64,000 bases of DNA from NCBI RefSeq assembly GCF_022539665.2, contig NC_081333.1, positions 2,170,001 through 2,234,000 of the forward strand, given 5' to 3'. This DNA is from Daphnia carinata. Its lineage: Eukaryota. The position numbers were made by a program, and so were the translations under genes. Shown one piece after another: positions 1-13,255 of this stretch. Under the pieces are notes generated by a model, which made no database searches, had not been told where the DNA came from, and saw only the letters and a program-made list of their open reading frames with translations. Position 1 is the first letter of the stretch. Each line of letters opens with the position of its first letter.

Positions 1-1170
1 ATGATAAAGAAAACGTAGAAACACCGAGATAACAAATCATTTGATTTGCTAACGAGATAGACGTAATGTTTTGTGGATTAAAAAAAAAAGACCTTGGGTT
101 AAAAACAAAAACAAAAATGGCGAAATTCTTTTGGCGTATTTTCATAGATGGCAAACAAACTGGAACGGTGTCGAAGGCTTAAAAACTTAAAAAAAAAAAA
201 AATGAGAGAGAAGGGAGAAGGGAGAGACGGGATGTCATCAAGAACTTATCCAGGCCAGTTGGGTCGACCGGCCGCGACGGTTACAGGCTTCTAAACAACT
301 ATATATTTCGACAGACAGTTGTAGTACTCGTTTATGTCATTCTGTTGTTTTTTTTTTCTGTTTTCTTAGAAAGGTGAAAAAAATAGAAAAGAATTTTCTC
401 CTTGCAACAACCCGCAAAATGAAATTGTGTGGTTATTAGTAACAAGAAAAACAACCTATCAATTCCTGCAGTTATATTTTTCTCTTTCTGAAAAACTAAA
501 ACGTTTGTTTTGCATTTCGAGGCTTTCCCCCTTTCCATGTGACTCATTTTGCTGATAACACATCTGAAGCCTTTTTTTTTTTTTTAATCCCAAAATCAGT
601 TAGTGATACTCGTATCTAAGCTAATGACCAAACGCTCAATTTGCAAACTAATCTCTTGTTTGATTTGTCTTATCCGCAGATCCCACGACTGAGCTTCCCA
701 ATTGTGCCTTCATTGTCTCTGCTGGCCAGTTGATCTGGCCGCCTTCGTTAACGCCTCGTTTAATTTGCAATTATACTGAAGCCGACCGCCATTGCGCTAT
801 CGACTCTGAAGGGACACAGCACCGTGCCATGCGGCTGGCGTCGATAATGCCGAACGGCGACGTCCGTTGTTGTTCCGCCGCCTGGTCGGATGTGGTTTGT
901 TGTCGAATCCCGCCCAACCGGGTCGTGGTTTGAATGCTGCAATAATCTAGCGCCCGCCCGTCCGTAGCTACTGCTGCCCGTTTTTCTGTGTGTGTGTGTG
1001 TTTTGTTTTTTTCGGGGACTCTAATCCCATCAGTTCATCATCGTCGTTCGTTCAGCCGAGAACTAGAGCAAACACTGTGTGCAACTGACGTCTGTTTGTT
1101 TTGCTCCGTGCGTATTGACGGGGGGGACGGACCCACGGTTGGACATTTTGGTGTCTGTGAATTCTTTTGG

Positions 1171-4100
1171 ATGGAAACATTGAGTGCCAAGATGAAGAAG
1201 ACGTCGCTGATGCCCAGATGGTGGAAGAAACGCTTCACGGCAGTCATCACGGAATCGGATCCGTCGTGCAAAGTCGTCTACTTGGGCAATGTTCTAACCG
1301 GCTGGGCTAAAGGTACGTCACAATGTTTGGTTTACTTTTGTTTTACACGTTATTATTCCGCTCTGTTTCGAGTTTCAACCCCCTTTTTTTTTAAGGTGCG
1401 TGCGTGTGTGTGTGTGTGTGTCTAAAATATATACGCCAGTAAGGCAATCTTATGCAATGTGGCTAACGGTTAAATACGCCGCAAACTGAACCATACTTGA
1501 CAGTAGTTGCGAGTTATTTCTTTACGAGCTGTTTGAAATGCAACATAGTTTGAATTATCGGATCCAGTTTATATCCAGCCGCGTATTGTTAGCTCGCTGT
1601 GCGGATATAACACGGCATCTCACGTCCTGTCGATATGAATAAAGATTGTGGGCAACGATTCAATTTTGTTGTTGTCTGCAAAAAAAAAAAACACAGCTGG
1701 CCCTGCCAACTAGATAGACGCGATTCAGACTATTCAAACGATTCTCAAAGAAAAGGAAAATGTTGAATTCTATTCAATGGATCGATTGGCTAAGACGAAC
1801 CCACTGTCTGGTCACGTGAAACACACACACCTGAGCCCGGAGAAATTCTTTTGCTTCCCCTCTCGCTCAATTCAGAAGGTGTTTTATACGTTTTCTTGTT
1901 GCGTACGTCACGAAAAAAATAAATACGGATTCATGTTAACGCATAAGCAATAGCACCCCCCCCCCCCACAAATCGGGCGGGTGCGAAATTTAGGAATTCT
2001 CTCACCGTATTTTGATGTCGTCTTTTTTCTAAATTTCGAAATGTTGTTGTTTTCAGTTATTGAATGTGTGACCGGATAGGAAATGATGTCTTGTTCGTCC
2101 GTCGTTCCCCACCCATCATCATACCGTGATCCCACCCGTCCATATAGGCGTTAACTAACCAATCCAGTTGTTTGTTTTGTGTCTTTTTTGATGATGAAGG
2201 TACTTGAGTCGAAGGGGGTTTTATTGGAAATGTGCCATGATGGGTTTAAACAACTGTTGTGCGACCGACTTTTTTCTTTTGGCATCACCTCCCCCCTCCA
2301 AAAATAAATTTAAAAAAAACAAACCACCGACGACATCGTAACGGCGTTTTTTTTTCGTGTCTGAAAAAGAGCAAACCCCACATTTTTATTTATTTTTTTT
2401 GTTACGGTTATTATTAAGAACTATTTCTTCTTCCAGACTTGTTAACCCACTAAAATTATTATTCCTATTTTTTTTTTTTTTTTTTTTTTTGTTAATTCTC
2501 ACTGTTTTTGATCGATGAATTCATTCTTCTTCTTTTTTTCGGTTTGTTCGTGATTCTCGGGCTACTAGGTGAAGGTTGCCTGGACAAACCGCTGGCCACT
2601 TTGTGGAAAAACTATTGCCAGAGCAGCCGGCCCGACGTGTCCATGAGACTGTCTGTTTGCAGTTCTGGTCTTCAGGTAATCGTTTGCCAAGTTCTTTTTT
2701 TTTTTTTTTTTCATTTCTCTTACACCTGAACGTTAACTTTGTGATCGAGCTGTGTTTTCCCTTCCTTTTTTTTTTGTATTTAAAAAAAAAAAAAGCTTAT
2801 TGCTCGACCCAATGCCAAGTAAGACTTTCACTTTGAACGCATACACAGAAACTCTCTGGCTGGCTCATTCTAGAGCTCAGTCACCTTGTGACGGGACGCT
2901 GATTGGGGTCAGCTTAAAAAAGAATCAAATAGCCTTTTTTTTTTTTTTTTCTTTTCTTTTCTACATCATTTTCTTTTTTGTTTTGTGGGTTGTTAGGCAA
3001 CGACTTCTGAGCATGGACTCACCGAATATTGGTCGCACCGCGTGACGTGGTGCGCGGCTCCGCCCTCCTACCCGCGCATCTTCGCATGGGTCTACCGTCA
3101 CGAAGGACGACGCCTTAAAGTACAAACGAAACGTCCCATTTCAAAAAATTGAATTCTCTCTCAGATTGGACGTGCTCGACTAACGTTTAATGTCATTTCT
3201 TTTTTCTTTTCTTGTTGTTGTTGTATGTGTGTGTGTGTGTGTTATGGTTTCGCAGCAAGAGTTAAGGTGTCATGCTGTGCTGTGCACGACGGGTCGACAA
3301 GCTAGACAGCTGACGGCCCGGCTGGAACAGCGACTACGCGAGGCCCTGCACGATTTCCGGCGCGAAAAACTGTGCCGACAATCAGCCCGTCTCTCGGTGG
3401 CCGCCTGTCTCTACGACGACTATGCTAGCGCCATTCCCAAACGGAAATTGCTTCTAGCGCCCGGAATCAACAACTACAAGTGACCTTAAATGCCAGCGTT
3501 GTTGTTCAATTCCTTTTCTTTCTTTCTTGTTCTTCATTCTTTATTTATTTTATTCCTCCCCCGCAACCAATTTTTTTTTTTTTTTTTGAAGGCCCCCGGT
3601 GGAACGGTGTAAATCGGCACCGAAATTAGGTTCCATCGAAGAATCGCCGGAACTGGAAGAAGTCGAAGAAAAGGATTGGCTTCGTGTGCTGGCTCTGCGC
3701 GGCTCCGCGCAGACGCTGCAGCGCAGCAACACAGTCATCAAACCCGTTTCACCTGTCCGCAGTTCGCTCGAAACAGTCAGAGAGGAGGATCGGTGCATGT
3801 CTACTCCGTCCCTACCTTGCAAAATCATTGCGGAATGCGATCCGTCTCCCGACGCCGTCTCGCCCGACGGCCTCTTGGTACTTGACCTTTGTAGCATTGA
3901 AAAAAAAAAAAAAAAAAAAAAAAAAAACAGTTTTAAAAATTGATTTCTTATTCATTGATGTTAAGGATTTGGCCGAAGTGAAGGTGACCCTCATGCCCGA
4001 TGGAGGCACGTCTTGCGTCGATGGAAGTCCGGCTGCCGTCCAATCTGAATGTCCAACGGTGAAACCTATGCGCCTTCCACTTTTGAGGCGAATGAGCGCC

Positions 4101-4784
4101 GAGGCTCGCAAGAAATTCGGCTCTGCGGATTGCGTTATCGACAACAGCGGAAGGCCGTCATCGCCTCCGCCCATCTTACCACGACGGGCCCGTCGCTCCC
4201 TACCTTGCAGGGCCGCCAGTGTCAACGATTACGCGGCCGAGCTGCAGCTGCAACAGAATCGCGTCCTCATCCGCCGGCAAAGTCAGCCGGAATACGTCGG
4301 TGTTGCTAGGTATGTGTCTCTCCATTTGCCTTTATTTTTGTTTGCAATTGCAACCAAAAGAAAAAAAAGAAAACAAACGAAAACAAAAGAAATTGTTGAT
4401 ATGTGTAGACGACCTACTTCGGAGTACATTGAATCGCGGGACGAGTACTTGTACGACGAGGAGATCGACTTTCGATTGCGACTCGATTCGGCGGTGGAGC
4501 TCTTGGAGAGCGATTCCTTTAGCGGCTCATCTCCATGTTCGTCGGCTGACCACAGCCCAAATTTGGCCGACAAAGGCCGCATTAACCTGGTGGCCAGTCC
4601 TAGCGACCAGGTGCAGGCCTTTCATATGCTGGCCAGCGAAGATCACGACAATGTCTCGGACGAGAGCGGCTATTCAGACGACAAAGACGTCATTTCATCG
4701 TCGTCTTCCGCCTCGGATGCTAGCACTGTCAAGACGAGCAAAGGGGGTTACGCGATGGCCGAAGAATTCACGCTCAATCTATAA
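1171..4784 (+). CDS. FAM43A: FAM43-like PTB/PID-domain protein with a long low-complexity C-terminal extension (multi-exon)
   Basis: Spliced frame: 1171-1312 (METLSAK...VVYLGNVLTGWAK), 2569-2675 (GEGCLDKPLATLWKNY), 2997-3119 (ATTSEHGLTEYWSHRVTW...FAWVYRHEGRRLK), 3256-3479 (QELRCHAVLC), then 3592 onward (PPVERCKSAPKLGSIEE), stop at 4784. GT-AG introns keep the frame; motifs match the FAM43 family. Confidence 0.85.
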
Positions 4785-7700
4785 GCAAATAAAAAGCCCT
4801 CCCAAGTTTTGTAACCGTTTTTTTTTTCCCTCAGCCGTCCAGGACTCGGGTGATTCAGACTTCCAAATTTGCGGCTTTTTTATTTACAGCCGTTGCAACA
4901 ACATCTTTCGTTAATTTTTTTCTTATTTGGAGGGGGGAAAGCGTTTTTGCATGGTAACTCGTCATTTAGCCAACACACCAAGTCCCGATACGCAACTCAC
5001 CTGTTCATCAAATTCATTTTTTTTTTTGCGTCACGTATTTCAGCTCGTTTTCACAAAGGCTAATGACGACCTTTTTTTTTATTATTATTATCTTCGCAAA
5101 AAAGTAAGGAAACAATTAATCATTTTAAAAGAAATGTAAAATTCTTACTATAGGACAATCGGTCACATGTGATTATTTTGAGCGAACAAGTTGGAGAGCA
5201 AAAAAAAAAAATTTTTTTTAAAAGAATCTTTTATCCTGTTGTGTGGATTTAGCAAATTGTCGATTCTCGAGTCCTCCCGCCCACATGATTTCGTTGTTGT
5301 ACATTCCACTTGTCTATAGGTGTTCCTTCCTCCCTTGCAACCACTACCGCTGTACGATAATTAATACTCTTGTCCAGGCAATCCCCGTTTTCCCCCTCAC
5401 AGGTTTCTTCTTCATTTTTTTAAAAATTATTATTATTATTTTATTTCACTCTTTTTTTTTGAATTAATTGGTAAAATGATCTGCAGTGCCGCGTCTTTCT
5501 CTCGTTTCCCGACAAGCCTTAATTTGTTATTTCGGCAAACGTACATGTTTTTGTTTCTCTTCTCTCCGTGTGTGTGTGTGTGTGTCCGATACATATTATA
5601 ATTTAACGTTCCCAACCAAAAAAAAAAAAAAAAAGAAAAAAAAAGTGGCGCATTTTTTTTTTCTTTTATTTTTTTCATTCATTGGGGAGAATACATGGTG
5701 CGTGTAAGGCACATTTCAAAATTGATTGCTCTTGTTTTGTTTCGTTTGACGTTTAGGAATCTTGTTTTTCTTCAAGGGGAAGCATAGATCAAAGCCGCTT
5801 TCTTATTTTATATAGTAAAAAAAAAAAAATGATAAGAATAAAACCAAAACAGCTCCATTTGTGCGTCTTATTTTCGATTTCACGTCCCTTTTTGCAGTGA
5901 AAGTTCGGGATTTTTTTTTTTTTGGCTAGTGGCTAACCTATTGTTCTTTGGATCGTCGCTCTCGCCTAAAACAGAAAAAAAAAGGCAAACCTTGTTTTAT
6001 TCATTATCTTTTTTGTTTTTTCGTCCAGGGCAATGGTCGCGAGGAAAAGTGTGGACTTGCGTAATCAACCGATACGGCGTATGGGAACGAGCTATTATTC
6101 GATCGTTTGCGCGCGTCGACATATTTTATTGTTTTGCGATCTCTGTTCGGCGTAACGAATGGCTTTTGTCACTCGTTAACGCGCAAGTCTAAAATTATCG
6201 TCACTGGCGAAAGTAAAGACCTCGTAATCAGCTCATGTGGGCATATTTGATTTCATTTTTTTTTTGGAAATCTAACAAAAGAGTGAATTATTATTATTTA
6301 TTTTTTTTTTTTTTTCATCAAATCGACTTCGTGTACGGCATGTCCCCGGAAAACCCAACGATTAAAACAACGGGGAATTCAAAAGTTTTTTTTTTTTCAT
6401 GTGTAAAAATGATGTTTAGTTGCGAAATTAGAAGGTCGAGAAACGCCTTAAATTTCGTTATGGACGAGGGGACGGTGTGTCTGCAGGTCAGCTGTTTTTC
6501 AGAACTCGTTGCATTGCGTTAGTTCAGTTCCCTTTCTAAATTCTTCGTTCCATTTACCATGTAGTTTTTTTTGCTACCTGTCAAGCTACCGTCTATACTT
6601 AATAACCTGCCGGCCATGTAAATACGATACGTGTAATACTGGTGGGTGGAGAAACGAGAATTCAACTCCCCCGAAATAAATAGCAAAACTTGTCTAATGT
6701 TAATGGGGTGTGTAGCTTCTTATGCGGTCGCCAACCGTTCCATTGGGGTTCTCTAATCTAAAGATAGATATAATAACACGAACAAAATGAAACCGACGTC
6801 TTTACCACACTTTCACATCATACAGCTGTACGTTCACGAAACGAAACAACATGGACATTGTTTTTGAAGAAAATGCGATATTAAATCCAGTCCATAAACC
6901 CAGAAGCATCGACAGGTAAAATCGTTTGTATTTTACTTGCTCCAATTCAACAACATTTCATTAATACATTTTTTCTAACGTGTTTCTTTTAGATTTGACT
7001 TTGGATTTCTACTCGATAGAGAAATCGACCTGAGAAGGAAAGGTGTCGACCGAATTACGATCTTGGCATCTTGTTGGCCGCTCTAAAAAAAAGACGCGTA
7101 TTTTCTCGTTCCAGTACAAAAAATATTGACGCAGTCATTCAACAAGAAACCGAGTCATTTTTCCCAAGGCTGGACCTCAACGAAGAGGGGGAAAACGTTT
7201 GTCACGAGCATATGGTTATCAGCAGGTAAAAAAAAAAAAAAATAAAGGAATGTACTGTAAACTAAATTTTAGAAAAATGCACAACAAATGTTTGAGTCGT
7301 TTTATTCGATGCACGGAAATCATTCAGTGTCTAAACTGTTTTTTTTTTTTCAAATATCATTCCCGCCAAAGGGAAGAAGAAAATGATGTTTTGCGGTGTT
7401 GAACGGACCCCGTTATGTCATGCCATTGCCATTTTAACAAATGCTAAACGGCCCTCAAACGCGTTAAAGTACTGCAAGAATGTCTATTGTCTTAGCTACT
7501 GTTATTCCTTGATTTACTTTTCTAAACGCTTTTTTTGTTGTTTTAATTTTTCCTATTAGGCAGTCTGAACTAAAACGGAAGCAGGTGATGGACATAACCT
7601 CGTTCTGTAATTAGCTAATTATCAGAATCAAGGAAGGGCCGAGACAAACAATCTGCCGCCGAGATTAGCGAGAACGTCATTACAAAACAGGTGACTCCTT

Positions 7701-10489
7701 TTCTTTTGTTTTGTTTTCCGTGAAACTCGTGATTTTTTTTTCAATGGCGATAACGATTGTATGGCGGTTGACGTAATAATCAACTTGTCACCTTGATCTT
7801 TTTTTTTTTTTACAAATGAAAAGAAGGCAAACAGTTTTAATTAGTTCCCATAATATTGAGCCCGTTTCGCGTGCCATAGTATTCCATGACAGAAGACAGT
7901 TAGCCAACTGCGTTTGTTGTTTCGTTGTTGGGAAGTATCCATACCATATTAGGGCAACCGCAAAATGAGGAAATCGTGTACAGTAGATAAACGAATAATA
8001 AACGAAAATGCGATTCTTTTCACTATCGATATTGAACATCAATAGGAGGGGGTTCATTGAAGCTGTAGTTACCGTACTAATAATGTCAATTCTTTCTTCC
8101 GTGTTGTACTAAAAAAAAAAAGTAGAATTGCGATTGTAATAATTGATTTGAAAAAAAAAGGGTTAACATAACGGGCTATTATGATTTTATCCATTTCGTG
8201 ATCAGACATTGCCTTGTGGCCGCCCCGGAAACGTCGAATTCCCGAACTCGATTGATCGTGAATTAATCACGATAGAATAAAAAAAAACGCGACGTTGCCG
8301 TTTTGTGATCCTTGATCCAAATTTTCTAACAAAGTCCTAGATGACAAAATGCCCTTGTTCTCAGAAGGTTCTCGCAATCATAAATTGACGGAGGCAAACG
8401 TGCCCTGGCATAAAAAAGATGAGTGCATATTCGGATCACGGCTGAGAATAATATTATTATTGTTGAACATTTCGTGTGATGCCGCTCACGCTCGGGTGTC
8501 AAAAGAGTGAGTCTCTCCTACCTGATTGCTGTCTGTAACCAAGTGGGTTGTGTCTACGCCGTGGCAAGCACTAATAAATATGTGTACGCTCAACTCGTGG
8601 AAACCACGAGGAATGAAAGTCATTTTCATACCGACGATTTCATGACTCACGGAAAAATTCCTGTTGAAATTTATTAATCAATTTATAGCTCACGAAAAAA
8701 AAAAAATAAGTAGGACGTTTCATCTGGTTTGAAGGTTTCCTTTGGAAGATTTATATGCAAATTTTTTGTTTTGTTTTTCATTAACAGTTAATTTTGTAAA
8801 GCGAATTTTATTTTGTGGGTCAGGTGATGGTAGACCAGAATGATATGCACGGGTGGTTTCCTTCCCAGGCCAGATGCAAGAGCCGCAGAAGTTGAGGTAC
8901 GCTGCTTGGAACATGCTGTTTATCGTGAGCGATTGCTCGTCATGGGCAGTTGCGGTGATATGCTGCAACGTAGCCTAGTTTCTTTTTGAAAGATTAAACC
9001 GCAACAAATGACCCTTTTAACATTTTCAATGTCTTCAGTCAATAATAATGGATTGGTCTAGGACACGCGAATTAAATTCCAACTGTTTAACTTCTGACCC
9101 ACATGGACCAGCATGTATGTCATCTTTAAAGTCTACGCTTTAAAGGTGGGAAGCATTAATCACCTTTTCCATACACTTCGAGGATTCAAACCCATATAAA
9201 TAAACCGTCGAAATGGCTTTAGATGGTAAGGTGCTTATAGCAACCACTATTAAAGGTGCATGACCCCTCTGTTTTAATTATGATAGTGTTCATTGTAACA
9301 AGTTTAAGGAGTTTCTCTAGTTTGACTTCCTTAGTCTTTTCTATCGCACGATACGAAATTACACAAGGTCGACTGGTTGGATTGAACACCTGCAGGAACA
9401 AGTTTCCATAAAATCAAATAATCATGACCTTCTTTGCTATGGAGATTGAACATATACAACCTGCGAAAGTTCCTCGGTGGAGTTTCGTGCAAAAACTCTA
9501 CGTTCATAACGCCAACGGCACCGGTCAAATTATTCGGTTGGATTGCGTGGCAACGTCCTTCGTCGTGAACGACAAGTGAATGTGCAGAACTTTGAATGCA
9601 TTGGAATGCCTTTCTACATTTCTAATTTATGCATTTGATGAAACTAGTCAGAAAGACCGGGATATAACAATTCCTTAGTTATGATAGTTCACATGCACAA
9701 CGTACATCGGGGTAATATAAAATATTCTGGGTTACCTCACGCGTCACTCACACAACCTATTCGTTAATCGAGATAACAATCTGTCTGTCAGTTGTCAATC
9801 AAGAGAGTGTCTTCAATCAGAAGATTCCTAAATGTGTTGAAATTGAAGGATAAGAACGTAGACAGTAACCTATTCAAAAAGCAGTTTATCAAAGGAAGCA
9901 AACACAATCAGACGGAAATAAACATTTTTACGCCATTGATTTTCCCCCAATCTTTGCAGTTTTCTAAATGTATAGTTTATCCATTAATTATTTATTTAAG
10001 CAGCGCGAATAAATGGACTTAAGAGGGAGTCGACGATTGCTTAAGGTTTAACTAGAAAAATATTTAACAACACTAATGTCAATAAGAAACGCATATTTCC
10101 AGTTTGGTTATAACTGTGTGATGAAAATTCGTGCATTGCTGATGCATATGAACTCGCCTTTGCTTGGGGCAAGGGCATCTGTATAAGCACTAATTCTTGT
10201 TCTGTTAAGAATGTGTCATTATGCAGAATACCATGTAAATAATCCGTTGTTGAATTAAAACCAAAGACTATTCGTTATGCAACTCATAAAAAGCTTCTAG
10301 GGTAAAAAGACTCGAGGGTTCTCTATGTTACAAAAAAAAAAAAAATTAGCTCTGAATGGTTATCTGGCATTTTGGCTGGAATCCTTCCAATTCAGCGATA
10401 CAAAAAAGTCTCGAGTATCGAAACATGAGTAATGATTTTATTTAAATTATAAGATTAAGATTTTGTTCTTTCCGGTTGTTAACAGAAGA

Positions 10490-10522
10490 ATCGATAGAAA
10501 TCAGATATCCAATCGATATCGA
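10490..10522. promoter_or_regulatory. DRE-like (TATCGATA) motifs upstream of CNDP2
   Basis: ATCGATA at 10490 and ATCGATATCGA at 10512, about 170-200 bp upstream of the ATG; 7/8 matches to the arthropod housekeeping DRE element. Confidence 0.35.
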
Positions 10523-10686
10523 ATCCGTCAGCTGAGTTCTGTCAAGTCTAAAATCCCAAGTCTGAAATCCAACTTGGGGATGTTGTTTACTGACAAACTT
10601 CTTAGCTAGTATATAGAATCACAGTCAGTTTTCATTAACCGCCCATCGTTCCATTGTTGCGGTCGTCTAAAATACTCATCGAAACA

Positions 10687-12681
10687 ATGACTGAGGCATT
10701 GAAACCAGTTTTTAGGTATTGTGACTTTTTTTTACGTCGTTTACTTTAATTTTAAAATAATAAATTCATTCTATTTAATATTCGTTACAGTTACATTGAT
10801 AGCAACAAGGACAAGTTTATTAAAAATTTGAATGAAGCTGTTGCCATCAAATCGGTTTCTGCATGGTAACTTTAAAGACAAAAATGCATACTACTTTAGA
10901 ATACATGATTGTTACTTTTTTTTTTTTTTTTTTTTTTTTTACAAACCAAGGCCAGAGACTCGCCCTGAGATTTTCAAAATGGTTAAGTGGGTTGCAGCCA
11001 AGCTTGAGGATCTTGGAGCCACAACAGAGCTGAAAGATGTTGGCAAGCAGGTATCATGACAAAGGTGATTAAGATTGCTATAACGGAATCCTATTACAGC
11101 ATTTTATTTGGCATCAACTTTAGAAATTGCATGATGGGAGTATTTTAGATCTGCCACCTGTTCTGTTTGGCAAACTTGGGAATGACCCCAGCAAGAAAAC
11201 TGTGATGGTGTATGGCCATCTAGATGTTCAACCAGCACTAAAGGTTCTTGTTGACTCAATATCTTTGTTTTGCCTTGTTATGTTTTGTGCCAAAATATTA
11301 ATTTTCTGAATTTAAAATGTGTTTGAAAACAGGAAGATGGGTGGGATACAGATCCGTTTGTATTGACAGAAGTTAATGAAAAACTGTATGGTCGAGGATC
11401 TACTGATGACAAAGGACCAGTGCTTGGTTGGATTCATGCTATTGAAGCCTTCCAACAAACTGGCCAAGACTTGCCAATCAACATTAAGGTAAAGTTTGTA
11501 TAGAAAAACATTACTGTCTATGTAACTGGTTCTATTTGTTTTTTGTTTAGTTTTGCTTTGAAGGCATGGAAGAGTCAGGAAGTGAAGGTCTAGAAGAACT
11601 ATTGCACAAGGAAAAGGATGGATTTATGAGTGGGGTTGATTACGTTTGTATTTCCGATAATTACTGGCTCGGTAAAAACAAACCATGCCTGACCTACGGT
11701 CTTCGTGGCCTTTGCTATTTTGAAATTGAAGTGGCTTGTGCAGAAAAAGACCTCCATAGTGGTGTTTTCGGTGGTTCAGTGTAAGTATTCTTCTGTAAGA
11801 TAACATTACTCGAGAGAAAAACCGTATGCTTAAATAAGTTTTTCTAATATAGACACGAAGCAATGGCCGATTTGATCTATATGATGAATACTTTGGTAAA
11901 CAACAAGGGGGAAATCTTGGTTCCTGGAATCATGGATGATGTTGTTCCCGTCACTGATGAAGAATTGGCAACTTACACCACAATTGATTTTGATCTGGAA
12001 CATTACAAGAAGGACATTGGTTGCAAACATTTGTTACACAAAACCGACAAGGTAAGCTAATAGAAATCGAATACTGAATCGAGTTCTGCATTAACGGTAC
12101 GTTTTCAGTCAAAAACGCTCATGCACCGATGGCGTTTCCCTGCTCTCTCGTTGCATGGAATTCAAGGAGCGTTTAGCGAACCAGGAGCAAAAACTGTTAT
12201 ACCAAGGAAAGTTTCTGGCAAATTTTCCATTCGTATTGTCCCTAATCAAACCCCTGAGAAGGTAAATAAGGTGGTAAACGATTATCTCAACGAGATGTGG
12301 AAGCTGCGCGAAAGTCCCAATGAAATGAAGGTGATCAATCATCATAGTGGAAAGCCATGGATGGCAGATCCCTTCCACCCTCATTATCTGGCTGGTCAGA
12401 AAGCACTTGAAGAAGTTTATGGATGCAAGCCTGACCTTACACGCGAAGGAGGATCTATTCCGATAACTTTAACGTTTCAGGTATTTAACTCGGATTTTCT
12501 TGTTTTACGAAACTTTTTAACGAACCAGTACGTTTAGGAGGTGACGGGCAAAAGCGTGATGCTGCTGCCGATGGGTGCCGCGGACGATGGTGCCCATTCC
12601 CAAAACGAGAAAATTGATATCCGTAACTACATCGAAGGGACCAAATCATTGGCTGCATATCTGTACCATGTTGCTCATTGA
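10687..12681 (+). CDS. CNDP2: Cytosolic non-specific dipeptidase (M20 family), multi-exon
   Basis: Motifs [49 protein letters not shown] and [10 protein letters not shown] across GT-AG exons; ATG 10687, TGA 12679-12681. Confidence 0.95.
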
Positions 12682-13255
12682 TAAAAAAACTGATCTATGA
12701 TATCGAAACTAATCCCACCATCCTATGTTACAACAATCTTCCACCAGTTTGTTTAGCTGTTGATTGCTGTTTTCTTGTTTTCTGATAATATTTCAATGGA
12801 ATTTAGTAACACGTTTTTTATACGGTGTGGGTGATAATGTAGTGAATTCGATAAATAAAAAATATCTAAAAAACATTTATGTACTAATGATACTATTGTC
12901 CACATTAATTTAAAGAAATAAGTTAGTATGGTTGCTCCTCTGTAACAAAAAATAAACCCTAACGTATTTTTTAAAACATTGCCCAACGGTGGCGCCATAA
13001 CGACAAAATCCTGCGATGCATGAAAAAAAATAAAAAAGCGAGAGGAGTCGCCACCAATCTGCGAGTATCAGACGTCGGTAAAGAGTCGACTCCAATAATA
13101 ATTTCCAATTGAATCGTCTGGATTTTTTTGCAAACCGGCTGGAAAAAAGAGAACTAGCAAATTAACCACTGAGAATTAATTTTTAATTGATTTCCAACTC
13201 GTTGCTGAAAAGAGTGGTTTATTTCTTTCCCTAACTTGTCAAACACTTCTTTGAA

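Noticed and set aside
1720..1735. Intronic RNase P RNA (TTCAGACTA resembling CR-V)
   Set aside because: No upstream GGAAGGTCTGAG CR-I partner.
8700..9600. Short ORFs and splice-like sites in the intergenic region
   Set aside because: No coherent frame or recognisable motif.
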